Origin: Gemmatimonadaceae bacterium
GTDB taxonomy: Bacteria; Gemmatimonadota; Gemmatimonadetes; Gemmatimonadales; Gemmatimonadaceae
Assembly: GCA_051859245.1 (NCBI GenBank)
Contig: JBHYGA010000005.1
Coordinates: 763,537 to 827,536, forward strand
DNA: 64,000 bases
Direction of reading: 5' to 3'
Shown here: piece by piece, positions 8,196-17,675 of the stretch
How positions within the stretch are numbered: the stretch's first letter is position 1
Layout: every line of letters starts with the position of its first letter
Made by a program: the position numbers and the translations under genes
Notes under the pieces: generated by a model
Seen by the model: only the letters and a program-made list of their open reading frames with translations
What the model was told of the DNA's origin: nothing
Databases searched by the model: none

Positions 8196-9914
8196 ATGGC
8201 ACGCTCTTTCCACTCGCTGCTTGTTGGCGCCGGTACGCTGGCGCTGTTTGGTGCCTCGGCTTCGGCGTCGGCTCAGCCGCAGCGCCGTCCGCCCGAGCCG
8301 AACGCCAAGTTCGTGCTCGTTGAGGTGTTTCGTGCGGCCGGTCTCCCGGAAAAGAACATCGGGGAGAAGGCGGCTGACGAAATGCGCAAGCGCGTGGAGC
8401 GCGAGTTCTCGCGCAAGGATGTCTATCTCGTCCCCAAGGAAGAGATGTCTGGCATTCTCGAGGCGTCGGGCTTCCCGGCCGACGTCCCGCTTGAGCCGCA
8501 CGACGCACGTGCGCTGGCCGCACAGCTGCGTGCCGATGAGTACATCACCGGCACGGTCACCAAGATCGACACCGGCTACACGGTCGAAGCGCACCTTGTG
8601 CTCACGCGCGACAACTCGCTCGTGCAGCCTCTTGGCGAAGCCTCTGCGAAAAAGCTCGGCGATGCTATGACTGCACTCGGCGCTGAGCTCAAGCTGGCGC
8701 GAGCGCAACTCGCGCACGAGCTGCGCTGTGTCAATGCGGCCCGCGATGGCAAGCTTGACGAAGCCGCCGCCGCGGCGCGCGAGGGCATTGCCGCGTACGA
8801 CAAGGCAGTGCTGGCGCGCGTTTGCCTCGCGAACGTTATGGTGAGCCAGAAGGCGAGCGATGCTGATCTGCTCAAGATTGCGCAGGAGATTGTGGCGCTG
8901 AGCCCCACCAGCCGGAACGGTCTGGCGCTCAAGGCGCAGGCGTTCCGCGCGCTCAATGAGCCGGATTCCGCCATTACCACGCTCACCAAGCTGCTGGCTA
9001 CCAATCCGAACGACGCGAAGTTGCAGAAGGACGTGATCGACGCGATCACTGCATTTGGTAACCCGCGCATTGCTCGTCCGATTGTAGAAGAAGCGGTTGC
9101 GAAGAACCCGGGCGATGCCGATCTGCTGCGTCTGCGGTGGCTCATTCTCTTCGCGGTACGTGACTACAAGGAAGCGTTCGAAGCGGGTGAAGACCTGGTG
9201 CGTCTCGACACGGCGTTTGCCGACACCACGTACTTCCTGAAGACGGCGGCAGCGTACGCGGCTGACAGCCAGCCGCAGAAGGCCGCCGAGTTCGCGGCGC
9301 GTGGTGTGGCGAAGTTCGCGGATCATCCGGGCTTGAACCGCGACCTTGTGGTGAACCTGCGCGCGTCTGGTCAGAATCAGCAGGCGCTTGAAGTGTTGAC
9401 CAAGGCCACGGCGGCGGGGATTGCTGTTGAGCAGGCGGGAATTATTCGCGTGCTGCTGACACGTGATCTGTCCGGCGATGTCGCGGCATGGGATGTCGCG
9501 CGGGGCATTGTCGCCAAGGGAGATTCCAGTGTCGCACCGCTGGTGCTTCAGATTGCCAAGTCGCGAATGGACTCTGCGGTGGTGAAGGCCGGAGTGAGCA
9601 AGGATCCAGCGGAGTTCGATCTTGTCATCCCAGCGCTGGCGTACGCCGACTCGCTTTCGACGGGTGAGACAAAGGCACAGGCCAAGTTCTTCTTCGGTGC
9701 GGCCAACCTGTACGCGGGACAGTATTCGGTCATCGCAGCCGCCGATCGCAAGAGCTGTGAGCTGGCCAAGACGGCCAAGAACATGTTGGTTGAAGCACAG
9801 ATCAACCTTCCTGCTGGTGGTGCGTTTGCCCCGGATCAGGTACCGAAGTTGATGGCCGGCGTCATGCAGTTCGACCAGAACGCCGATCAGATTATCGCCG
9901 CGTACTGCAAGTAA
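8196..9914 (+). CDS. secreted TPR-like helical-repeat protein, function unknown
   Basis: GGAGGT Shine-Dalgarno at 8181-8186; signal peptide MARSFHSLLVGAGTLALFGASASASA-Q; Ala/Lys-rich helical repeats with TPR-like turns (ALSPTS, LATNPND, AKNPGD); hairpin follows. Confidence 0.75.
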   Translation: MARSFHSLLVGAGTLALFGASASASAQPQRRPPEPNAKFVLVEVFRAAGLPEKNIGEKAADEMRKRVEREFSRKDVYLVPKEEMSGILEASGFPADVPLEPHDARALAAQLRADEYITGTVTKIDTGYTVEAHLVLTRDNSLVQPLGEASAKKLGDAMTALGAELKLARAQLAHELRCVNAARDGKLDEAAAAAREGIAAYDKAVLARVCLANVMVSQKASDADLLKIAQEIVALSPTSRNGLALKAQAFRALNEPDSAITTLTKLLATNPNDAKLQKDVIDAITAFGNPRIARPIVEEAVAKNPGDADLLRLRWLILFAVRDYKEAFEAGEDLVRLDTAFADTTYFLKTAAAYAADSQPQKAAEFAARGVAKFADHPGLNRDLVVNLRASGQNQQALEVLTKATAAGIAVEQAGIIRVLLTRDLSGDVAAWDVARGIVAKGDSSVAPLVLQIAKSRMDSAVVKAGVSKDPAEFDLVIPALAYADSLSTGETKAQAKFFFGAANLYAGQYSVIAAADRKSCELAKTAKNMLVEAQINLPAGGAFAPDQVPKLMAGVMQFDQNADQIIAAYCK

Positions 9915-9933
9915 CGGCTTACAGTTTCAGTTT

Positions 9934-9977
9934 TACGGGCCCGCCGTCGCTTTCGACGGCGGGCCCGTACATCTTTC
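9934..9977 (+). terminator. probable intrinsic terminator hairpin
   Basis: Perfect 16-bp stem TACGGGCCCGCCGTCG / CTTT / CGACGGCGGGCCCGTA about 20 nt after the stop; weak U-tract (CATCTTTC). Confidence 0.7.
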
Positions 9978-10071
9978 AGGGATACGGCCAGCGCTGAAAC
10001 AGCCGCTGGCGACATCTGTTTCTCGTCCGTGTGCTCTTCCCGGGCTCGTTTCCCTCGCTACTGCTGCTTAC

Positions 10072-11022
10072 GTGACTCCGGTTCGTTCTGCGCCCGCTGG
10101 TCGTACTGGCGTCTATCATGTGCCAGTGCTGCTCGACCCCGTCCTCGTGCTGCTCGGGAATGCCCACACGGTGCTCGATTGCACGCTCGGCGGTGGTGGC
10201 CACTCGGCAGCGCTTGTAGACCAGGGCGCGCGCGTGACTGGCATTGATCGTGATCCGCGCGCCCTGGCCGCGGCACGCGAACGGCTCGCCGACGCCGAGC
10301 GAGCTGGTCGTTTTCGCGCGCTGCTCGGCAATTATGCCGATCTTGAACGTGCGGGTCTCGCCAACGCCGAAAAGTTTGACGGTATTCTGCTCGATCTCGG
10401 CGTGTCCTCGCACCAGTTCGATGATCCCGGTCGCGGCTTCACGTTTCGCGAGGGGGCACCGCTCGATATGCGCATGGGCGATGATGCGTCGGTCGATGCC
10501 GCTGGCCTGTTGAACACGATTGACGAGATCGATCTGTCTGCTCTGTTGCGCAACTTCGCGGATGAACCGCGGGCCGCGCGATTGGCGCGCGAGATCGTGC
10601 GGCGGCGTGAACGGCGGGCCTTTGCAACGGCCGATGATCTGGTGGACGCGATCCGTGCCGTGCTCGGACCGCGCAGCGGTGCGCCCGATTTCGCACGGAT
10701 CTTTCAGGCCGTGCGCATCGCGGTGAATGACGAACTCGTTGGGCTCGAGCGCGCACTGCCAGTGCTGCGTGACCGATTGCTCCCCGACGGTGTGCTGGCC
10801 ATCATCAGCTATCACTCCGGAGAAGATCGCCTGGTGAAACATGCGTTTCGGAGTTGGAGCACCGCCTGTACGTGTCCACCCCGACTCCCCATGTGCACGT
10901 GCGACAACCTGGCTCTTGGTGAGACGCTCACACGTCGGGCCATTGTGGCGGACGACACAGAAGTGGCCACGAATCCTCGTGCGCGCAGTGCCAAACTGCG
11001 TGCCTGGCGGCGCGCGTCGTAA
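10072..11022 (+). CDS. rsmH: 16S rRNA m4C1402 methyltransferase RsmH (MraW)
   Basis: HVPVLL, DCTLGGGGHS, LLDLGVSSHQFD, PLDMRM, FQAVRIAVNDEL, SYHSGEDR, NPRARSAKLR. Confidence 0.97.
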   Translation: MTPVRSAPAGRTGVYHVPVLLDPVLVLLGNAHTVLDCTLGGGGHSAALVDQGARVTGIDRDPRALAAARERLADAERAGRFRALLGNYADLERAGLANAEKFDGILLDLGVSSHQFDDPGRGFTFREGAPLDMRMGDDASVDAAGLLNTIDEIDLSALLRNFADEPRAARLAREIVRRRERRAFATADDLVDAIRAVLGPRSGAPDFARIFQAVRIAVNDELVGLERALPVLRDRLLPDGVLAIISYHSGEDRLVKHAFRSWSTACTCPPRLPMCTCDNLALGETLTRRAIVADDTEVATNPRARSAKLRAWRRAS

Positions 11023-11351
11023 TGGCCACGCGCAAGACGAAGCGCACGCCCTTTCGCGGACGGACGCTGGTGATGTTCGGATTACTTGCGTTCATGGGCA
11101 CGGCCGTTATCGTGGTGTGGCGTCGTTCGCGCGGAGTGGCCGAAGAAAACGCAATTGCAGAGCTTGATGCGCAACTGCGTGATCTGGAGGCACAGCGAGC
11201 GCTGCTGGAACGTGACCTGCGCGACGCCATGAGTTCGTCGCGCATCATGCCGGTGGCGGAGCGTCGTTTGGGTTTGCGTGTTGCGACCGATTCGCAGTTG
11301 ATCACTTTGCCGCGCCGCACACCCGCGAGTGTGCTGCCGGATTCCCTCTGA
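11022..11351 (+). CDS. ftsL: cell division protein FtsL-like
   Basis: Basic N-tail, one TM, heptad coiled coil, ERRLGL; canonical position between rsmH and ftsI. Confidence 0.75.
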   Translation: MATRKTKRTPFRGRTLVMFGLLAFMGTAVIVVWRRSRGVAEENAIAELDAQLRDLEAQRALLERDLRDAMSSSRIMPVAERRLGLRVATDSQLITLPRRTPASVLPDSL

Positions 11352-11370
11352 ACACGCGCGCTGCTGATCT

Positions 11371-13533
11371 GTGAACGAACCGTCGTCCACCGCCACACCT
11401 GAAGTTGTTCGTCCGACACGCGCGCGCGCGGTGCTTTTGCATCTCTCGCTGGTGGTCTTTGCGGTGGCCCTGCTGGCCAAGGCGGCGCACGTGCAGCTAG
11501 TGCAGCGGGACATCTGGGCCCAGGAAGCGGAACGTCAGCACGTCACCGTGTCCTCACTTCCGGCACCTCGCGGCGTGATCACCGATGAGCGCGGTGAGCC
11601 GCTGGCCGTGAGCAGTGAACGTGTGCGCATTACGATCGCACCCAATCAGGTACGAGGCGCCACAAAAACCCGCAATGATCGCGATTCACTCGCGGCGCGC
11701 CTGGCGGAACTTGGTGTGTCGCGCGCGATTGTGCGCAAAGCGCTCGATAGCACGCGCAAGCATGTAGAAATTCCCGGCTTGTTTTTGCCCAGTGACGCAA
11801 GCCGGCTCATGGCGATCAGCGGTGTGCGCGGCGCGCGCACCATGGAGCGACTGCCGTCGGGGACACCAGGAATTCGTCGATTGATTGGTGCCATTGATCC
11901 GAAAGGCAAGGCGCAGAGCGGGTTGGAACTCGCACTCGATTCCATGCTCACCGGTACACAGGGCGAGCGCCGAGCGTTGCGTGATCGTCGCGGGCGGTCG
12001 TGGGATTCGCCCGTGGGATTCCGCGTGAATGCCAAGCCCGGTCACACGGTACGCCTTACGATCAATCGACCGCTGCAGGAAATCATTGAGCGCGAGTTAT
12101 TGGCCGCGATGGAGCGCACGGGTGCCAGCGGTGGTGATCTGGTGGTGCTTGATCCGAATGACGGTGCGATTCTCGCACTGGCCGGAGCGCGTGATGGTCG
12201 CATTGCGCCGTCGGTTACGCCGCTCACGCAAGCGTATCAGCCGGGCTCCGTGCTCAAGCCGATTTTTGTAGCGCGTTTGATCGAGCAGGGACGCACGACC
12301 TCCAATGCCTTGGTGAATACCGAGAACGGTCGCTGGGTCGTAGGGCCGCGCACATTCACTGACGAACACAAAGCGCCGTACATGTCGGTGTTTGATGTGG
12401 TGCGTTGGTCGAGCAACATTGGTACGGTCAAGCTGGTGCTCGAGAACATGACACCCGCGCAAGAATACGAACTGCTGCGCGACTACGGCTTTGGTGTGCC
12501 CTCCGGCTTGCCGTATCCATCGGAGTCGCGCGGCGTACTGCGTGATCCGTCGCAGTGGACGGTGCCGTCCGCGGCGTCACACGCGATTGGCTACGAACTG
12601 TCTGTCACGCCGGTGCAGCTGGCGGTGGCGTACGCGGCGCTCGCAAACGGTGGAGAGTTGCTGGAGCCGGCGATTGTGCGGGAGATTCGGAGCAGCGACG
12701 GCGCCCTCGTATTTCGTCATGATCGTCGTGTGCTGCGACGCGTCGCCACGGAGGAAGGCACGGCGGTCGTGCGCGAGATGCTCAAGGCGGTGGTGGACAG
12801 CGGAACGGGGCGTGCGGCCGGATTGGCCGCGTTTGATGTGGGTGGCAAGAGCGGAACCGCACGGCGCGTGGGAGCGCCATCCGACCGACAGTACGACGCA
12901 ACGTTCGCTGGCATGTTTCCCATGTCTGATCCGCAGCTTGTGGTTGTCGCGCGGCTGATCGAACCCAAGTCGGCGATTTTTGGTGGTGTGGTGGCTGGTC
13001 CGATGGTGCGCGGTGTGTTGCGCGGCGCGGTGGCAGCGCGCGATGCGGCGCTCGATCGCGCCGTGTTGGCCAAGGTCGCGCGAGCGGTGCCGGTGCAACC
13101 TGAGCGCGAGGCGGCAGCGGTATTGGCCTCGAGCGATCGCTCCGCAACGTTTACCGATGCAAAAGCGAGCGTGGCGATTACCAGCGCGAACGACGCGTCG
13201 GATGAAGACAGCGCGCTCACCGAACTACCGGTTGTCTCCGCGCCACGCGCGATCGAACCGGCGCCGGCGCGTGTCGTGGTCTCGTTGCCACTCGTCTCGG
13301 AGAACGCCGTCAACAACTCGGCCGCGAAAGCCAAAACGGCCAGTGCACCTGCTCGTGATGTACGCACGGTGCCAAGTGTGCGTGGACTCACGATGCGAGA
13401 GGCGGTGCGTACGTTGCACGACGCCGGATTCCGTGTGCGCACCGTGCGCGGTGTTGACGGTCGTACACGCCCGTCTGCTGGTGCGAATACGCGTGCCGGT
13501 ACAGTGGTTGTGCTTGAAACCGGGAATCCATGA
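11371..13533 (+). CDS. ftsI: class B penicillin-binding protein FtsI/PBP3 with C-terminal PASTA domain
   Basis: PAPRGVITD, SGLE, SxxK (GSVLKP), SxN (SSNIG), KSG (GKSGTA), PASTA-like VPSVRGLTMREAV. Confidence 0.92.
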   Translation: MNEPSSTATPEVVRPTRARAVLLHLSLVVFAVALLAKAAHVQLVQRDIWAQEAERQHVTVSSLPAPRGVITDERGEPLAVSSERVRITIAPNQVRGATKTRNDRDSLAARLAELGVSRAIVRKALDSTRKHVEIPGLFLPSDASRLMAISGVRGARTMERLPSGTPGIRRLIGAIDPKGKAQSGLELALDSMLTGTQGERRALRDRRGRSWDSPVGFRVNAKPGHTVRLTINRPLQEIIERELLAAMERTGASGGDLVVLDPNDGAILALAGARDGRIAPSVTPLTQAYQPGSVLKPIFVARLIEQGRTTSNALVNTENGRWVVGPRTFTDEHKAPYMSVFDVVRWSSNIGTVKLVLENMTPAQEYELLRDYGFGVPSGLPYPSESRGVLRDPSQWTVPSAASHAIGYELSVTPVQLAVAYAALANGGELLEPAIVREIRSSDGALVFRHDRRVLRRVATEEGTAVVREMLKAVVDSGTGRAAGLAAFDVGGKSGTARRVGAPSDRQYDATFAGMFPMSDPQLVVVARLIEPKSAIFGGVVAGPMVRGVLRGAVAARDAALDRAVLAKVARAVPVQPEREAAAVLASSDRSATFTDAKASVAITSANDASDEDSALTELPVVSAPRAIEPAPARVVVSLPLVSENAVNNSAAKAKTASAPARDVRTVPSVRGLTMREAVRTLHDAGFRVRTVRGVDGRTRPSAGANTRAGTVVVLETGNP

Positions 13534-15110
13534 CGCAGCGGAACGTGGTGCCGGGCAGCAGGATCCTCGACGCGTTGCGTGCGGCGCACCTCGTAGTGGG
13601 TGACGCGCCGCGCATGCCCGATGATGTGTTCGGTGTGACCGACGACAGTCGAGCGGTGGTCGCAGGCGGCGTGTTTGTGGCCGTGCGTGGCCATGCGAGT
13701 GACGGGCACACCTTTGTGGATCGTGCCATTGAGAGCGGCGCGTCGCTGCTGATCGTGGAAGACAGCGCCACGTATTCCGTACCAACGCTGCGTGTGAGCG
13801 ACTCGCGGCGTGCGGCGGCTGTTGCGGCGGCGGCGTTGTATGGTCGCCCGTCAGACGAGCTCCGCTTGATTGGCGTGACCGGCACCAACGGCAAGACCAC
13901 CACCGTGCATCTGGTGCGCGCACTTTTGTGTGATGTGGGCATACATGCGGCGTCTATCGGGACGCTGGGTGTGCTTGTGGGGCGCGAAGGTTCACCGCTT
14001 GAGGGCGGACAGGGACTCACGACGCCGGGCCCGGTGGAAATGCAGCGCGTCCTGCGCGCGCTGGTAGACGCAGGTGTACGCGCCGTGGCGCTCGAAGTGT
14101 CGTCGCACGCGCTTGATCAGTCGCGTGTGGAAGGACTCGCGTTTGATGTGGCGGTGTTCACCAGTTTCTCGCGTGATCATCTGGATTATCACGGTACGAT
14201 GTCGGCATACTTTGCTGCCAAAGCAAAACTCGTGGCGTTGCTCAAACCAGACGGTGTAGCGGTCGTGAACGCGATGGAGCCGGCGTGGGGTGCGTTACCG
14301 GCGGCGCCGCGACTGTTGCCGTTCGAAACGCATATGCAGGAAATCCGCGATGCCTCAGGCAAGCACACGCCAAGTTCATCACGCGCGATTGACGAGATCG
14401 TGTTGCGTGCCGAACACGTGGCGTTTGATGCGGCGGGCAGTCGTTTTGAGTTGCAGGCGCGCGATGGCTCCGCAGCCGGACTTCGTTTGCCAGCGCAGCT
14501 CCCGCTGCTGGGCGATTTCAACGTGACCAATGCAACGGGCGCGCTGGCGGCAGCGTGGGCACTGGGTGCGCCGTTTGATGCGTTGGTGGCTGCACTCAGT
14601 CACATGCCGCAGGTGCCTGGCCGACTGGAACGCTTGTTCACGGCGCCCACGGTGCTTCGTGATTATGCGCACACACCCGACGCGCTTGATCGTGCACTGC
14701 GAGCCGTCCGTCCCTTCGCGTGTACGCCAACCGGCGACGCAACGCGCGTGCTGGTTGTATTCGGATGCGGCGGTGATCGCGACCGTGGCAAGCGGCCAGA
14801 GATGGGCGCGATTGCAGAACGTCTGGCCGATGTGGTGATTCTCACCAGCGACAATCCGCGAACCGAAGACCCGGAGCGCATTCTTGATGACATCGAAGCC
14901 GGCATGACGCGCGAGAGCGCGGCGCGTGTTCGTATTGAGGATCGCCGCGCGGCGATTGCGCACGCACTGGATATCGCGGCCCCGCACGATGTGATTCTTC
15001 TCGCCGGCAAGGGCCACGAAACGTATCAGATTCGCGGAACGGAGAAACTGCATTTTGATGAAGCCGAGATTGTGGCCGAGCTTACGGCACCCATGAGAGC
15101 GCGCGAATGA
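13530..15110 (+). CDS. murE: UDP-MurNAc-Ala-Glu meso-DAP ligase
   Basis: GVTGTNGKTT, LTTPGP, EVSSHAL, DHLDYH, DYAHTPD, GCGGDRD, DNPR (meso-DAP-type motif), AGKGHE. Confidence 0.97.
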   Translation: MTQRNVVPGSRILDALRAAHLVVGDAPRMPDDVFGVTDDSRAVVAGGVFVAVRGHASDGHTFVDRAIESGASLLIVEDSATYSVPTLRVSDSRRAAAVAAAALYGRPSDELRLIGVTGTNGKTTTVHLVRALLCDVGIHAASIGTLGVLVGREGSPLEGGQGLTTPGPVEMQRVLRALVDAGVRAVALEVSSHALDQSRVEGLAFDVAVFTSFSRDHLDYHGTMSAYFAAKAKLVALLKPDGVAVVNAMEPAWGALPAAPRLLPFETHMQEIRDASGKHTPSSSRAIDEIVLRAEHVAFDAAGSRFELQARDGSAAGLRLPAQLPLLGDFNVTNATGALAAAWALGAPFDALVAALSHMPQVPGRLERLFTAPTVLRDYAHTPDALDRALRAVRPFACTPTGDATRVLVVFGCGGDRDRGKRPEMGAIAERLADVVILTSDNPRTEDPERILDDIEAGMTRESAARVRIEDRRAAIAHALDIAAPHDVILLAGKGHETYQIRGTEKLHFDEAEIVAELTAPMRARE

Positions 15111-16528
15111 AATCCGTACGCGCTGGCATTGCATTTGAGGCCACGGACGTTGTGCGCCCAACAACACCGCACGCGTTCTGGACGCTGCGCCGCGTGGCGG
15201 GCGCGCTTGGTGAGCAGCTGGTAACTGGACCACGCCTCGATGATCGGGCGCTGTCGGGTGTGTCCACCGACACGCGCACCATGTCGCAGGGTGCACTGTT
15301 TGTTGCGCTGCACGGCGAGCATCATGACGCGCACACCATGTTGACCGTGGCGCGTGATGCGGGCGCTGCGGCGGTGCTGGTTGAGCGGGCGGAGGCTGCG
15401 GTCGGGCTTGGCATCCCGGCGTTTGTGGTGCGTGATTCCCTCGTTGCACTCGGTTTGCTGGCGAGAGCGTGGCGCCGCACCTGGGGTGGTACCGTGGTCG
15501 CGGTTGGCGGGTCGAATGGAAAAACGTCCACCAAGGAGTTGTTGCGTTCCGCGATCGGCGCGGGATTGCGTGTGCATGCCACGGCTGGAAACCAGAACAA
15601 TCTGGTGGGTGTGCCGCTCACGTTGCTCGCCCTGCCGCCGCACTGCGATGTCGCAGTGGTGGAAGTGGGCACCAACGCGCCCGGCGAGATTGCGCAGTTA
15701 CGCGCCATCTGCGAACCGGACATTGCGGTGGTGACATCCATTGGTGAAGAGCACCTTGAAGGACTCGGCGATCTCGCGGGTGTGTTGCGCGAAGAGGCCG
15801 CCATCTTTCCCGGTGTACCGATTGCGGTAGTGCCCGCCGGCGAAGCCGATCTGGTCGCGCACGCGCGCACACACGCGACGCATGTCATCCGTGTGGGTCT
15901 TGATGCTGGCGATGTTGTGCCGGATGCCTGGTCGTTGGACGAGGAGGGACGGGTACGTTTGCTGGTCGGTGAGCATGCGATGCACCTGCCCGTGCGCGGT
16001 GCGCATCAGGCGGCCAATACAATGCTCGCCATTGCCGTGGCACAGTCGCTTGGTGTGTCCATGGATCGCGTGGGAGCGGCGTTGGCGCAGATGCCCATTC
16101 CGGCCATGCGCGGCGGCTGGGAGCGCATGGGCGAACTCACGTTGATCAATGACGCGTACAACGCCAATCCGCCGTCCATGCGTGCGGCGCTCACCCTGCT
16201 GTCGCAGCTCGGGCAGGGCCGGCAGCGCGTGGCGGTGCTCGGGACGATGCGAGAGTTGGGCGCGGCGTCGGACGCGCAGCATGACGCGGTGGCGCGGGAT
16301 GCCATCGCGGCCGGACTGGATATCATTGTGGCCGTGGGCGAGTTTGCACCAGCGTTCCAGCGCGTCGCGCCTGGTGATGCACGTGTGCGTTCGGCCACGG
16401 ACGTGGAGGAAGCGTGGTCGCAGCTTGCACCGGTGCTGTCGCGCAATGCGCTGTTGTTGCTCAAGGGTTCACGCGGCGTTCGCCTTGAACGTTTGCTGCC
16501 TTCTCTCACCACCTGGGCGACGTCCTGA
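15107..16528 (+). CDS. murF: UDP-MurNAc-tripeptide D-Ala-D-Ala ligase
   Basis: GSNGKTSTKE, NNLVGVPLTL, EHLEG, INDAYNANP, LGTMRELG, KGSRG. Confidence 0.96.
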   Translation: MKSVRAGIAFEATDVVRPTTPHAFWTLRRVAGALGEQLVTGPRLDDRALSGVSTDTRTMSQGALFVALHGEHHDAHTMLTVARDAGAAAVLVERAEAAVGLGIPAFVVRDSLVALGLLARAWRRTWGGTVVAVGGSNGKTSTKELLRSAIGAGLRVHATAGNQNNLVGVPLTLLALPPHCDVAVVEVGTNAPGEIAQLRAICEPDIAVVTSIGEEHLEGLGDLAGVLREEAAIFPGVPIAVVPAGEADLVAHARTHATHVIRVGLDAGDVVPDAWSLDEEGRVRLLVGEHAMHLPVRGAHQAANTMLAIAVAQSLGVSMDRVGAALAQMPIPAMRGGWERMGELTLINDAYNANPPSMRAALTLLSQLGQGRQRVAVLGTMRELGAASDAQHDAVARDAIAAGLDIIVAVGEFAPAFQRVAPGDARVRSATDVEEAWSQLAPVLSRNALLLLKGSRGVRLERLLPSLTTWATS

Positions 16529-17671
16529 GTGCTCTACCATCTGCTGCAGCCGCTGGCGCGTGAGTTCCAGCTCTTTAATCTGCTCAACTACATCACGTTC
16601 CGGTCAGCGGCGGCGTTCGTCACGTCGTTGGTTGTGACATTTGTGATCGGTCCGCTTATTCTCGCGCGACTGCGTCGCATGGCGGTGCATCAGGTGGTGC
16701 GCGAAGGCACCCCGGATACGCATCTGGGCAAAGGCACCACGCCAACGATGGGTGGCTTGATCCTGATTACATCGGCCCTCGTGCCGGCGCTGTTGTGGGC
16801 GCGACTCGACAATCGGTATCTGTTGCTCGCCATGGCGGTCACGGTGTGGATGGGCGCGATTGGGTTTCTCGATGACTATCTCAAGCTGAAGCAGAAGCGC
16901 GAAGGAAAGAAGAACGAAGGCCTGGTGGAACGCTACAAGCTCGCCGGGCAGATCATGTGCGGTATCGCGCTCGGCTTGTACGTATGGCTGCAGCCGCTCT
17001 CGGCGTTGCCGGGCGCGTCGACTACGGTGCCGTTCTTCAAGTATCTGCTGATTGTGCCGGTCGCGTCGTGGGCCGCGTGGTTATACGTGCCGTTCGTGAC
17101 GTTCATTGTGACGGGTACCAGCAACGCGGTGAACTTCACCGATGGGCTCGATGGCCTTGCCACCGGGTTGGTCGCGATCGCGCTGCTCACCTTCGGTCTC
17201 TTTGCCTACGTGCACGGACGCGTGGATACGAGCGCCTATCTGCAACTCTTCTATCTGCCTGGAGCCGGTGAGCTCACCGTGTACTGCGCGGCACTTGTTG
17301 GCGCGTGTATTGGCTTCCTGTGGTACAATGCGCATCCCGCTCAGGTGTTCATGGGTGACACCGGTTCGCTGGCGCTGGGGGGTGCGCTGGGTGCGATTCC
17401 GATTCTCCTCAAGTCGGAGTTCCTGCTGGCGATCGTGGGTGCGGTGTTTGTGGCCGAAATGGTGTCAGTCATTCTGCAGCGCTCCGTGTTCAAGTACCGG
17501 CGCAAGCGGTACGGCCTGGAGTATGCACAGAAAAATCGCGTCTTTCGTCGCGCCCCGTTGCATCATCATTTTGAGATGTTAGGGTGGCCCGAAACGCAGG
17601 TCGTGATTCGCTTCTGGATCATGGGTATTCTGTGCGCGATTGTCGGACTCGGCACACTGAAGCTGCGCTAA
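16529..17671 (+). CDS. mraY: phospho-N-acetylmuramoyl-pentapeptide transferase
   Basis: GTTPTMGG, GFLDDYLK, SNAVNFTDGLDGLA, PAQVFMGDTGS, APLHHHFE. Confidence 0.98.
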   Translation: MLYHLLQPLAREFQLFNLLNYITFRSAAAFVTSLVVTFVIGPLILARLRRMAVHQVVREGTPDTHLGKGTTPTMGGLILITSALVPALLWARLDNRYLLLAMAVTVWMGAIGFLDDYLKLKQKREGKKNEGLVERYKLAGQIMCGIALGLYVWLQPLSALPGASTTVPFFKYLLIVPVASWAAWLYVPFVTFIVTGTSNAVNFTDGLDGLATGLVAIALLTFGLFAYVHGRVDTSAYLQLFYLPGAGELTVYCAALVGACIGFLWYNAHPAQVFMGDTGSLALGGALGAIPILLKSEFLLAIVGAVFVAEMVSVILQRSVFKYRRKRYGLEYAQKNRVFRRAPLHHHFEMLGWPETQVVIRFWIMGILCAIVGLGTLKLR

Positions 17672-17675
17672 CACC

